This document shows positions 9,498-19,860 of a stretch of 64,000 nucleotides of DNA, one piece after another (within the stretch, counting starts at the first letter, position 1; every line of letters starts with the position of its first letter). The translations under genes and the position numbers were made by a program. Below the pieces are notes generated by a model. That model was not told the DNA's origin. It saw nothing but the letters and a program-made list of their open reading frames with translations, and did no database searches. Source of the DNA: Candidatus Marinacidobacterales bacterium (GTDB taxonomy: Bacteria; Acidobacteriota; Vicinamibacteria; Marinacidobacterales; DATDRI01). The stretch spans positions 1,376,001-1,440,000 of the forward strand of contig CBDCNP010000002.1 in NCBI GenBank assembly GCA_965219415.1, in the 5' to 3' direction.

Positions 9498-11250
9498 TGC
9501 TCAACCTCGAGCTTCGTCGCTTCCTCGAAGTGCTTTCGTGCCTCTTCGGTTCGCCCGGCGCGCTCGAGCAACACGGCAAGCCGGTGATGATATCGGCCGA
9601 CTTCCGGTTCTAGCTCGATCGCCCTACGGTAAGCGTCGATCGCCTCCTCGCGGCGACCGGCCTTGTCGAGTGTCGCTGCGTAGTCCGCGGTGATCTCCGC
9701 CTCGTAGGGATCGAGCGATTCAGCCTTGTTGAACATAGCGAGCGCCTGCTCGAGTCGCCCGCCGCCGGTGTAGGCCCTGGCCATCGAGGCGTAGATCTCG
9801 GCGTCCTCGGGAAGTCCGGCTCGAATACTCTCGAAAGCCTCAATCGCCTCTTCGTATCGTTCGAGTGCGACGAGCTCGGTCGCCAGCGGTAGCAAAAACC
9901 CGGAGCTCCCGGGAGCCAGCTCCAGAGCCCCACGAAACGCAATGACGGCTTCCTCGGCCGCGCCGGCCTCTGCGAGGACCGCACCGAGCTCCGCTAGCAA
10001 GACGGGCGAGCGAGGCTCGAGCGCAATGGCGTTTCGATAGGCTCGTGCCGCCTCGACGAGCTCTCCTCGCGCCGTCCTCACGAGCGCCAGGGCTCGACGC
10101 GCCGCGGCCGATCGCGGGGCCAACCCGAGCGCACGCTCGGCGGAGGCGAGGCCCGCATCGAGCTCTTTCCTCCATTCGCTCGCAAGCTCGGCGAGCATCA
10201 AATGAGCGGGCACGAAGTCGGGATTCAACGAAATCGCCCTTTGGAGCCCGTCGAAGGCCTTAGCGATCGGACTTCGTGTTTGGAGCACCAGCACGGCGTG
10301 GTGGTAGTGAGCCAGAAAGCTCTCCGAACCAAGCGCGATGGCTTTCTCCAGAGCAAGGAGCGCTTGCTGGAGCTCCTGTGAAGCGAGAAAGTAGTAGGCC
10401 TCGACTTCGTGACCGAGCGACAAGCTGGGCTCGACTTCTAGCGCGTGTTCGATGAGCGGCAGGGCCAACTCGCGCGAGCCTCCGCGATTGAGGAACGCTG
10501 CTTTATGCGCCAGAACCTCGGCGTGGCTGAGCGGGCGTGCCTCGAGCACATCATCAGAGACCGGCGCAGGCCGTCCTCGGCGGTAGCCGCTCAACTCGCC
10601 GCCCCGTAAGTAGTCCGCTAGGAGTTTCTCGAGCACCCCGACATTCGGGAAGGCCTCAGACCAAGCCGACTCGGGCTCTTGGTTTTCCCGAAGAAGAGCC
10701 AGATATCGCGAAAGCTTCTCGGGCCCAAGCGAATTGCCGAGCAACAAGTAGTGGATGACGGCCCAGGACTGGGCGTAGAAGATCGAAGCCTTGTCCGCAT
10801 CACCATAGTAGGGCGATTCGTGATCGACCGCGAAGAGCACCGGTAGGGGAAGCAATGATTCCCGTCTCAAGATGCCTAAGTAGTCCGCATCGACTCCACC
10901 GATGTGCACATCCTTGGCCCAGATCTCGGTTGTCGCCCAGAAGCTGGCGAGGCCTTCGTTCAACCAGAGCGGAATGTCTCCGAAATTCACCGTTACCAGA
11001 AGATGGAAGTACTCGTGATAGATCGTGGCGTAGGGTCGGGCCCCGCCGGTATCTAAGAGCAGCGCGACGTAGTTGCGATCTGTCCCCTGACGGAAGAGCC
11101 CTATCGGCTTGGCCCGTGTCTGGTCTTCCCAAATACGAGGAAGCAACTCGGCCATGCCTGTTTCTTCCTCGAGCGCGTAGATGAGATTGGTTCCGCCGGA
11201 TCGACCGGAGTATGGCCGAAGGCCTGCTGGAAGACGACGCACAATACGTC
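9494..11250 (-). pseudogene. DUF1570/peptidase MA-like HExxH domain plus TPR repeats; 5'-truncated and frameshifted
   Basis: HEYFH...PLWLNEGLA, FYAQSWA and many TPRs. Upstream of about 11185 another frame reads VFQQAFGHTPVDPAEPI, then meets the divergent ParB-like gene with no signal peptide or start. Confidence 0.7.
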
Positions 11251-12106
11251 GAGCGCTCTCCGAGCGCGTGCGCGCGGTTGGGGGGACTCCGGTCGGCGCC
11301 TACCGGGAGCCTTTTTCCGGCAAGCCTCTCCTGGTGGCGGTCGTGCCGTTCAAGGCCGTCGAGCCGACGCCGTTTCAGCGGGATCTCTCCCCGACGCACA
11401 CGAAACGCCTAGCGCAGAAAATTGAAGAGGCCGGCGTCTTCCTGGATCCTCTCATCGTCGTTCAGGCGCCGGATGGACGGCTGTGGACCCCGAACGGCCG
11501 TCATCGGCACGCAGCGGCCAAGGTGCTGGGCCTTCAGGCGGTCACCGCACTCGTCTCCCCGGACGAAGAGCTCGCTTTCAAAATCCTCGCTCTAAATACG
11601 GAGAAGGCTCACAATCTGAAAGATCGCAGCCTCGAAGTCATACGGATGGCGCGCGAGTTAGCGGCGAGGAAACCCCGCTCCAAGGAGAAGGACTTCTCTG
11701 CAGAGTTCGAGGAGCCCGCGCTTTTGACCCTCGGCATCATCTACGCAGACCAGCGACGTTTCGCAGGGAGTCCCTACTTCTCGTTTCTGCGCAAAGTCGA
11801 TCGTTTCGCCACCGGCACGCTTCCCAAGAGTCTCCAGCAACGAGAGGGCTGGGCGGCGCGCCTGGCGCAGATCGATGGGCGCGTCAAAGAGATCTGAAGG
11901 AGCGCGGTTTCAAGTCGCCCTACCTGCGGAACTACGTGGTGGCTCGAATCAACCCGGTACGATTTCACCGTGCGAAAAAAAACGCGGCCCAGCCGCCAAT
12001 GGCGTTAGGCGCGGCGCTCACGCGTATGGCGGCGTCGGCACGCAAGTTCGACGTCAGCACAGTACGACAACAGGAGCTCACGCTAGTGGCTTCCCCTCTC
12101 CAGTGA
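11212..12106 (+). pseudogene. Orphan ParB/Srx N-terminal domain protein; frameshift near 11895, 5' end uncertain
   Basis: PTPFQRDLS, FLDPLIVV, WTPNGRHR, LALNTEKAHNL. The C-terminus KERGFKSPYLRNYVVARINP is in a second frame. Confidence 0.7.
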
Positions 12107-12169
12107 CTAGGGGGGACGAGGTCCTAGGCTTGCCGGAGTTCGTTAATTTCTGCACCTCGGGAGGAGCGC

Positions 12170-12691
12170 ATGGCCAAAGAGGAACCGAGAACCCACCCTT
12201 TCGCAAAAGCCCGCTACCTCTCACTGATCGTCGTGGTCTTTTCTCTCATGGAAGCACTGATGATGTTTCTCATCGGTGCGTTGAAGTCGATCAAAGCATT
12301 CCAGGCTTTCTTTTTCGGGAGACCAGTGATCCGGGATGCCCCGGATCACCTCGACCTCACCGACCAAGCCATGGTCTCCGTCCTACAGTCGATGGACGCG
12401 TTCCTCATTGGGCTCGTCCTGCTTATCTTTGCGTTCGGCGTCTACAATCTATTCATCGCTGAAATCAAGAAACCGCTCACCCTGGTCGGTGCGCAGTGAG
12501 CCCAAATCGGTAGCCTGGAGAGGCTCAAACAGGTGTTGGTGGAAGTCATTATTGTGATCTTGGCGGTTTTGTTCTTGTGGGAACTGCTCTTACTAGAAGA
12601 AGCAGCGACGTGGAACGTTTTGGTGGTTCCCATAGGAATCGTGCTTCTTGCTGCTGCGGTCAGGCTGGTGGACTGGCGCCGCTCGGATTAA
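12170..12691 (+). pseudogene. YqhA/UPF0114 family membrane protein with an in-frame TGA at 12497
   Basis: DAFLIGLVLLIFAFGVYNLFI. Reading through TGA 12497 continues AQIGSLERLKQVLVEVIIVIL... to TAA 12689-12691. Confidence 0.7.
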
Positions 12692-12698
12692 TGAACCC

Positions 12699-14522
12699 TC
12701 AAGGCTGTCGCACCGCATCGACTCGAAGCTCTGCAATCGACCAAGGTTTGGTTCGCCGGCCGGTTTGAAAGAGTCGAAGCCCGCGCACCACCGTGGGCTC
12801 GAGAACGAGGACTTGACTCGGCCCCTCATCGTCGAGCACCTGCCGTTTGAGTCCCGGCCTCCCCATCACATAAGGGATCTCTCTCCACACCTTATCCTCC
12901 GTCAGGCCTTCGAGGCGGAGCCGTCGTGCGCTACGAAGTGGACGATCTCCGGAACTGAGCTCAATGCGCCCGACAGTCATCGGGGTCGGGAACCGGACCT
13001 GGATCCAGTTTCCAGGCCGTTGGTCACTCTCGGTCTCCCAATACGAAGAAAGACGTCCATCGATAAGTTTCGGTATTCGTTCCCGACCCTCCGAAGCGGA
13101 GGCCCAGGAAAGCTCGAGCGGAATTCTCTGGTATTGAGAACGAAATCGGTCGGGGATTGCGTAGAGTCGCAGAGGCGGGCCGGAATAAATACTCTCCGGC
13201 TCGATCGCGGCGGTGAGCGGAAGCTCGACGGCGTACCGTTCCTCATCGGCGGGTCGCAGCAGCAAGAGATCGGTGTTGGTTGACTGCAGCCGGAACCGCG
13301 CTGGCGAGCTGCTCGCTTTGAGAATCTCGAACTGGATCCGCTGACCTCCCACGTCAGTAAGCGGGCTCAACACACGAGCCCCCGGTGCGAGATTAGCCTC
13401 CATCCAGTCGAGCGCCTGATCCCGCGTACTAGGGCGTGAAATATCACGGACATAGGAGAGCGATGAGTAAAAAGGAAACGCCAACGCCAAAAGGGTCAGC
13501 GCGATCGTGGCCGGGGCCTGCCTTTGGTAAAGGTGTGCCGCGGCTCGACCGACGAGCAAGGTCAGGACACCAAGCGTCGGCACCAGAAAACGATCGTGGT
13601 GAACCTCGGCGGTCGAGAAAGCAACCACGACCACAACCGGGAAAAGCAGAAGTGGGATCCACTTCCGCCATTCTCTCGACGCGGGAAACACCCCCACCAG
13701 CATGAGCAGCATGCCAAGGCTCCCCAATGCCTTGCGAAGAGTACCTTCGGGATGCCCCAAGTAGATCCAAAGCATCCCTAGGTAATCCGTGCCGGCTTCG
13801 GAGCGGTCGACGTAGTGGTAATCGAATTGAGTGAAGACGCCATCCATGAACCCTCGGACGTTGAGCAGGGTATATGGGGACAACACCAGAAACGTCAGCA
13901 GAGAGAGTCCTCCGGCCAAAAACATGCGACCAAGACGAGGTCCGGGAGCGAGAAGGCGATAGACGATGTAAGAAGGGACCAAGAGAATTCCAGAAAACTT
14001 CACCGCGGTCGCGGCGCCCAAGGCCATTCCCGAGAAGACATCCTGCCGCCTCGTTTCACCCACACTGCGGAATACGAGAAAGGCGAGAAGGACGAAGGTT
14101 TCGAGCACTACGTCGGGCCGTACGCTGTGGGCGGTGTGGACTTCAACTGGCGACACCGCTAGGAATAACGCGGCCACCAGCCCCGTTGTCGGACCGGCGA
14201 GCCGCATGCCGAGAAGGTAGACGAGGGCCACGCTCGCCACACCGAACGCGGCCACCACGCCGCGGGCCGCCAAGTAGGCCCCCGGACCAGCGGGAATATC
14301 CGAGTCCACGACGGCAAGAACCGGATATAGAAGGTAGAAGAACAGTCCGGGATATTCGTAGAAACGGTAGTCGAGGTCCCCTTCCGACAACATCACCGCG
14401 ACATTGTCGACGAAATAGCGTTCGTCTACATGGGGAGTGTGTTGAAGACCCCAGGATAAGCCGGTGAATCGAAGGGCGGCGGCCAAAAAAAGAACCGTCC
14501 CCAAAGCGAGGCGGAGACGCAT
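12699..14522 (-). CDS. GT-C fold glycosyltransferase (ArnT/PMT/GT39-like) with a C-terminal discoidin (F5/8 type C) domain
   Basis: First-loop HVDE acidic motif, YPGLFFY, AVKFSG, about 11 TM helices. C-terminus LIDGRLSSYWET...WIQVRF...WSIAELRV. Confidence 0.8.
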   Translation of the reverse strand: MRLRLALGTVLFLAAALRFTGLSWGLQHTPHVDERYFVDNVAVMLSEGDLDYRFYEYPGLFFYLLYPVLAVVDSDIPAGPGAYLAARGVVAAFGVASVALVYLLGMRLAGPTTGLVAALFLAVSPVEVHTAHSVRPDVVLETFVLLAFLVFRSVGETRRQDVFSGMALGAATAVKFSGILLVPSYIVYRLLAPGPRLGRMFLAGGLSLLTFLVLSPYTLLNVRGFMDGVFTQFDYHYVDRSEAGTDYLGMLWIYLGHPEGTLRKALGSLGMLLMLVGVFPASREWRKWIPLLLFPVVVVVAFSTAEVHHDRFLVPTLGVLTLLVGRAAAHLYQRQAPATIALTLLALAFPFYSSLSYVRDISRPSTRDQALDWMEANLAPGARVLSPLTDVGGQRIQFEILKASSSPARFRLQSTNTDLLLLRPADEERYAVELPLTAAIEPESIYSGPPLRLYAIPDRFRSQYQRIPLELSWASASEGRERIPKLIDGRLSSYWETESDQRPGNWIQVRFPTPMTVGRIELSSGDRPLRSARRLRLEGLTEDKVWREIPYVMGRPGLKRQVLDDEGPSQVLVLEPTVVRGLRLFQTGRRTKPWSIAELRVDAVRQP

Positions 14523-14556
14523 TCGAGGAGATTCTAGGGTGAGCCGTGTGATGGTG

Positions 14557-15774
14557 TCAAAGACCGAGGATGTTCTTGTACTCCTCAGCCAACCGTTCCG
14601 CTTCTCGCTTATCTCTGATCTGTTCACCGGCTACCACGTCGCGGCCCGATCCCCGCACCAGACGGATTTGGTAGTAAGCGGTCCCGTTTCGTCCACCCGA
14701 CTGCATGCTGATCTTCTTTTTGACGTCGGCGAACTCGGAAGGCAGGTATCGGCGTGTATTGCCCAATCCGAGAACGGCGTTTCTGATGCGAACCTCGTCC
14801 GCGTTCATGACCACACGGGTGGTACCGAACCAGAGATCGAGGACAAGCCAAAATATCAGTAAACCGCAAGCACCGGACACGATGGGAAATAACATCGGCG
14901 CGCCTAGATAGAGTTGAAACCAGATAGCGCCCACCCAGATCAACAGAAAGACGCTTAGCGATGCCGCGGCAGATGGATTCCGGCCGGCTGGAAAGTAAAA
15001 CTCCTTGCCTCCTACCGACGTGGTTCGGACTCGAATCTTGGATTGGGCGACATGATTTCCGAGCTCGCGAGATGGGAGGCTCCGTCGCGGCGGTGACGGG
15101 CCCGGTTCGGGCGAGCTTTCTTCGGTCCGGAAAACGGGAAGCTCAAATTCCGCTTGGTAGTCCACGCCGGGAACGCTTGCGGTGAGCGTAAGAATCCAAA
15201 GAATCCGATCGTCCGAGTCTTCATCGCTTGTTTCTAGACACTCGAAGGGTACGTGAAACGAAAAGGGCACGGCGGCACCCATCTTGCCAACAGAAAGCTG
15301 CTCCTTTGAGATTCCTCAGTGCTCTTCCCAGACGATCTTCTCATTCACGTCCCGCTTGCGACGCCTTCTCCTAACGTTGCGGTTGATCGATCGGAGGCTC
15401 ACCCGCACGCCACCGACTGTCTCCCTCTGCAAGCTGGTATGGATGATGCCAGCCACCGATCCTCCGATCAATCCGGGCACGCGCGAGAGCTCTAGAACCG
15501 ACTTACCAAACCGCAACCACCGGATGGTGAGTCGAATCGCCTGAGTCAGAAGACCGATTCCGAGGATTGGGAACACGAGTCCAACCAGGACAATGTAATT
15601 TTCCTTTTCGAGGATCTCTTCACGGAGACTCGAGACCAGTGGCGAGGACATCAGAAGAACCACCAGCGCCATCACCCAAACGGCGATCATACTTCCCTTG
15701 CTGGAGTATTCGATTCTTCCCGCCGCCCAGTCCGGACGCCGGACCCATGGTTGCTGTCGGTTCTGCACCGTCAT
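14557..15774 (-). pseudogene. Membrane protein (DUF3592-like), split by a frameshift near 15310
   Basis: Two consecutive ORFs (15316-15774 and 14557-15282) that read as one protein: PWVRRPDW, TM pair, FGKSVLEL..PG, PGVDYQAEFELPVF, second TM pair. Confidence 0.6.
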
Positions 15775-15902
15775 CTTCCTATCTAGATTGTTAGGTTTAG
15801 TTCGGCCGAAGCCGTTCTTTCAATAGTAGCATGGGATTGCAAAGCGGCCGTTGCAGAGTTATCATGCGCCCCCGACTCAGCACACAGAAAGGAGATGAGC
15901 GC

Positions 15903-16313
15903 GTGGCTACTGAACTCAAAGAGGCGGAAGACCTACGAACCCAGCACCAAGTGAGGCTGGTGACCGAGGAAGAAGACGGGACCGGAATCGACCGGCTTCC
16001 CACGGGCGTTTACGGATTCACCTACTCCCCTGCCGCCGACAACTTTCCGCTGTTCAACAAAAACAACCTGAATTGCTACGAGGCGCACAAGCTACCCAAC
16101 GGGAGCGCGTTGTTGGTCGGGTACTTGAACAAAGAAGAGGCGAGTCAGCTCGCGTCTAATGACAAAACAAGACTCCTTCACTTGTTTCCCAATCCGAACG
16201 ACAATGCGACCGAGCTGGCGATTCTACCAATGGCTCGGGTGGTCGGACATGAAGAGAACTCCCACCGCAAGGGTAAGGGGTTCGAGATCCAGGTGGCACC
16301 ATTTGGATCGTGA
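15903..16313 (+). CDS. Hypothetical protein
   Basis: AAAGGAG RBS before GTG 15903; protein-like composition (LPTGVYGFTYSP, YEAHKLPNG); no recognised domain. Confidence 0.6.
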   Translation: MATELKEAEDLRTQHQVRLVTEEEDGTGIDRLPTGVYGFTYSPAADNFPLFNKNNLNCYEAHKLPNGSALLVGYLNKEEASQLASNDKTRLLHLFPNPNDNATELAILPMARVVGHEENSHRKGKGFEIQVAPFGS

Positions 16314-16382
16314 CGGGCGCCACAGCAGGGAGTTGCTGCTATCGGAATAGCCAGGCGCCAGGGAAATAGCAGAGTCAAGCCG

Positions 16383-17199
16383 TCAAGTTGCCAGGGCCGA
16401 CTTGAGGCGTTCGAGGGAGCTCTCCATCGCCGGCTCGATCTCGTCGAGCCGGTCCTTAGCTCCCCAAGTCGATACGTCGACACCCAACACCTTCTGTGGC
16501 CCCAGGGAAAACGCCTTCATGGCCACCGCTCCCTCGATCGCGGGCCAACTCAACTGTACCTCGGTCCCAGTATCGGCTAGGACCTCTCCCGCCATCTTGT
16601 CTCCATTCTCGAGCGTGAGCTCGTAGTCGGTTCCGGGATCACCGATCCCACCAGCTTGCGTGAGCCACCTCGCCAGATTCCGCTCCTCCCGGTAGAAGGG
16701 GCGTAGCTGCGAAGACGTGTACTCGGCGGGAAGCATGGCCATCGCGTGGTGTCGGGAGCGTCCGAAGTAGTTTTCCAAATAGTGATTCAAGACCGCGAGC
16801 GCCATCGTCCATCCGGAGTTCACTCCCTGATACTCGTCGTCCCACTCCGCACCCTCGCCGAATCCGGATTGGACCAACTTCAAAACGGTGCGTCCGCCCG
16901 CCTGCTCAATGTCGATCTCAAATAGGACCGGTGACCGGCCGGGCAGCGTTGCGGTCAAGACTAGTCTTTCTTCGGGCCGCGCCTCCAAGACCTCGTAGGT
17001 GAAGCGGTAGTCGAACTTGTCGAAAATCCACGTCATACTGCCACCGGCCTTGGCCTCGCCTTCGGCGCCGTCGGTGAACCACTGCGGCACCTTCTTGGGA
17101 TCCGCCCAGGCCTCCCAGACCTGTTGAGGAGTGGCGCGGGTGATCATCTCCTTGGATAATGCGGCCCTTACGCTCCAGCGTTTGCTTCTTCTCAACCAT
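16383..17199 (-). CDS. SRPBCC/AHSA1 (START-like) domain protein; probable frameshift near 17155
   Basis: ATPQQVWEAWADP..VPQWF, LKLVQSGF, GWTMAL. ATG 17199 (MVEKKQTLERKGRII) after AAGGAGG is in a different frame from the body. Confidence 0.8.
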
Positions 17200-17824
17200 C
17201 GTCGTCCTCCTTCGGCATCGGATAACTCCCCATCACTAACCGGTACGGCCGTCCGGGACCGGCACGCCCATCGGAAAGTAGTGCAGGTGAACTGTGCTCC
17301 GCGATGACCTTCACTACGGCTTTCCGAAGGGCATCGCTAAATGACTCTCGTTGCTCCGCACTCTCGAACCGAAGCTCGGAAGCCATCGACAAGGTCGGCA
17401 GCCTCTTGCCCTGCTGCTGCGCGGCGCGGCTCACTTGCGAGAGCTCCCGTTGCACCAAAGAACCCAGGGCGATCAAGTACTGGGCGCTCATGGTGTCCTC
17501 GATTTGTCGCCAATCCGCCGCGAGCGGACCAAGAACTTCCGGAGCCAAGACGTAGGACCGCGCGCTGGCCTGGTAGCACCGTTCGATCAGGTTGCGCTTG
17601 CGGCGCTGCCCGGCCCGACGCAGAAAGCGAGCTCGCGCCAGCTCTCGCACGTGGTAGTTCACTTTCTGCCGCGGGAGCCGAAGCTGGCCCGCCAGTTCGG
17701 TGGACGACGCCGGACTCTTCGCCAGGTTCAGGATTCTGAGCCGCAGTGGATGCATCAACACCGTGGCCCGTTGAGGATCGTGGATGCTCTCAAGCTCGGT
17801 GGGTGTGGTCCGTCCTTGCTTCAT
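17192..17824 (-). CDS. ArsR-like winged-helix transcriptional regulator
   Basis: LMHPLRLRIL...SSTELA...PRQKVNYHVREL; coupled to the SRPBCC gene, a common pairing. Confidence 0.85.
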   Translation of the reverse strand: MKQGRTTPTELESIHDPQRATVLMHPLRLRILNLAKSPASSTELAGQLRLPRQKVNYHVRELARARFLRRAGQRRKRNLIERCYQASARSYVLAPEVLGPLAADWRQIEDTMSAQYLIALGSLVQRELSQVSRAAQQQGKRLPTLSMASELRFESAEQRESFSDALRKAVVKVIAEHSSPALLSDGRAGPGRPYRLVMGSYPMPKEDDDG

Positions 17825-17859
17825 GACAATTATTATTGTCGTACAATAATAATTGTCAA
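17824..17859 (-). promoter_or_regulatory. Perfect 16-bp inverted repeat (operator) overlapping a sigma70 promoter of the regulator
   Basis: TGACAATTATTATTGT-cgt-ACAATAATAATTGTCA (17824-17858). Minus strand: TTGACA (17859-17854), 16 nt, AATAAT (17837-17832), 7 nt, ATG. Confidence 0.75.
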
Positions 17860-17907
17860 AAAAAATGTAAAAATATTCTTACCCTATCTAAATCAACGTC
17901 TTGCAGG

Positions 17908-19269
17908 TCAGTCGACCCGAATTTCCAATGGGAGATCCTGCCGGCGGAAGAGGCAGACACCGTTCACATCCTCGCAGACATAGTAGAGGACATAGGGCGT
18001 CACCATGGTGACACTCGATGCGCTAGCCGGGCTCTTGAGCTCGAACTCGACCCTTCGTACTTCCTGGCTTACCGGCTCGGGTGGGATGGACACCGTCAAG
18101 TAGCGTTGGTCGACCTCCCACCCCTCCGGCACATTTACCCAAAAGACCAGATCGCCGGCTTCGTTGTTCCAGTGCGCCTTGATGTCTGGGTTGGGACGGA
18201 AGACGATGTGAACCCGAACCGACTCTCCCGGCACCATGGCCGTGGGCACCACGGTTGTCTCCGCCCGAATCAATCCTTCCTCGTCTCGGCGTATGCGGCC
18301 CCCAGGATCTGGCTCCTCGCCCAACGAATCGGTTGTCGGAAAGCTCTCCGCCGGGTAGGCAAACTCGGCCCCGCCGGGCTCAGCGCCTAACGGCAAAGGT
18401 GCCTCGCCTCTAGCTTCGATCTCCTGCCGCGCTTCCGAAACCCAATCGTAGAACGAGTAAGGCTTGGTGAGCCGCGGTCCATACTGCTGAATGCGGCGCC
18501 GCCAGATATATTGATTGGGGTCGATATCGAGTGCCCGGCCCCAATGCTCTACCGCTCTCGCGAAATCGTCGTCCCGTCGATAAGCCGAGTCGTAGCGCCG
18601 ACGGTAAGCTACTCCTAGTCGAAAGTGGATGAGGCCCGCACCTTTGGTGGCTAGGGCCCGGTGGTAAGAGTCGATTGCCTCGTCCACTCGTGAGACGTCT
18701 TCCCACAGAAATATCGCGTCTCCCGGCAGTTCGATGATCGCTTGCTGGCGCGCCTCCCTCTTAGGGTGCGAGCGCTCTAGGAACTCCCGAAAATCTTCTT
18801 CGCCCGGCTGAACCGCACGGATGATACCGTGCTCGTCGACGAGGAGAGTGATCGGCACCGCCGAGACCCCCAGACGGTTCAAGGAGTCGATCATGATCGG
18901 CCAGTCCATTCTTTTCCACTGCATGAAGAGACGGGCTCGATCCGGATGCTGCTCTTGGATGATCCCTGCCACTGCTATGTCGCCGCGATCGGCAGCCTCT
19001 ATTGTTCTCGCGTGCCACCCGGGCACGTGCTTCCGGCAACCCGCTCACCAGGAGGCCCAGATGTGGAGTACGAGCTTCTTTCCTCGAAAGCTCGTCACCG
19101 AGAGGCGGCTTCCATCTTCGAGGGACGGCAGAACTAAATGCGGGAAGGGTTCGCCGACCCGCGGCTCGTATTCGTCAGAATTAGCGGGCTCAACAGGTCC
19201 CGCGATTGTCGCCACAAGCAGAAGCAGGGCCGGGACGAAGACGTTTGGTCGTGCCATGGCTCGCCCCAT
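17908..19269 (-). CDS. Exported selenoprotein: TlpA/AhpC-TSA thioredoxin-fold domain (UxxC) plus TPR plus DsbD-alpha-like domain
   Basis: ORFs 19045-19269 and 17908-19026 are in frame and joined by TGA 19047-19045, reading HIWASW-U-AGCR. Signal peptide, cis-Pro motif SAVPITLLVDEHG, TPR, C-terminal YYVCEDVNGVC. Start is 19269 or 19257. Confidence 0.85.
19009..19047 (-). promoter_or_regulatory. Candidate bacterial SECIS element
   Basis: Downstream of the UGA: stem CGTGCC/GGCACG (19027-19022 with 19016-19011) and loop CGGGT; 23 nt separate the UGA from the loop. Confidence 0.65.
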
Positions 19270-19389
19270 TTTTTACTGCTTATTAACGATCGGGGCAAGT
19301 GCGACGGACGGCGCTATTCGTAGCGTAGAGCCGCGCTCGGGTCGATCCGAGAGGCACGGCGTGCGGGAACGTAAGCCGCAGTCCGTCGC

Positions 19390-19800
19390 TCAGAACTACA
19401 ACTCATGGTGCCCGCGTTGTCTTGGCTTCTTTTCGAGCCCGGATAGGAGACGTTCACGGGCCACGACCCCCATGAAGATCCCGCCGATCAGAAGCGGGGT
19501 AAAAGCGATGTGATACCACGGGAGCTTCGCGTCCCAGAATTGGACAGTCACAAAGATGGCTTCCAAAAATGTTACGACCTTATTTCATGCGCCACCGGGA
19601 GCTTCTAGCGGAGCTCGCTCGACTCGCATACCAAACCATCAAGGAGCTGATGCTCGAGGCCACCGGCGACGACAAAACCCGCCCCGGTATCGTGGCCGTA
19701 CCGCAGACCTCTGGAAGTCTCACCTGATAATCCTTGGTAGACAATTTCGATTGCGTTGTTAAGCAACTAACTTGGATTGACATTTTCGAGCCATAGGTTA
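19390..19800 (-). pseudogene. Degraded small membrane-protein gene remnant
   Basis: Hydrophobic fragment FLEAIFVTVQFWDAKLPWYHIAFTPLLIGG on the minus strand, with stops and frameshifts upstream. Confidence 0.3.
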
Positions 19801-19860
19801 CATTCTGGTGCCGCCGAGTATTGCAGAAGCGATGTGCGAATTCGCACAGGAGAATCGATT

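Noticed and set aside
12497-12499. In-frame TGA in the YqhA-like gene as selenocysteine or UGA=Trp recoding
   Set aside because: The position looks like the family Trp (W.I.SL..LK), not a redox Cys. Many genes here end properly at TGA, so a TGG-to-TGA substitution or error is simpler.
15827-15841. Sigma54 promoter TAGCATGGGATTGCA
   Set aside because: Spacing fits, but the essential -24 GG is AG.
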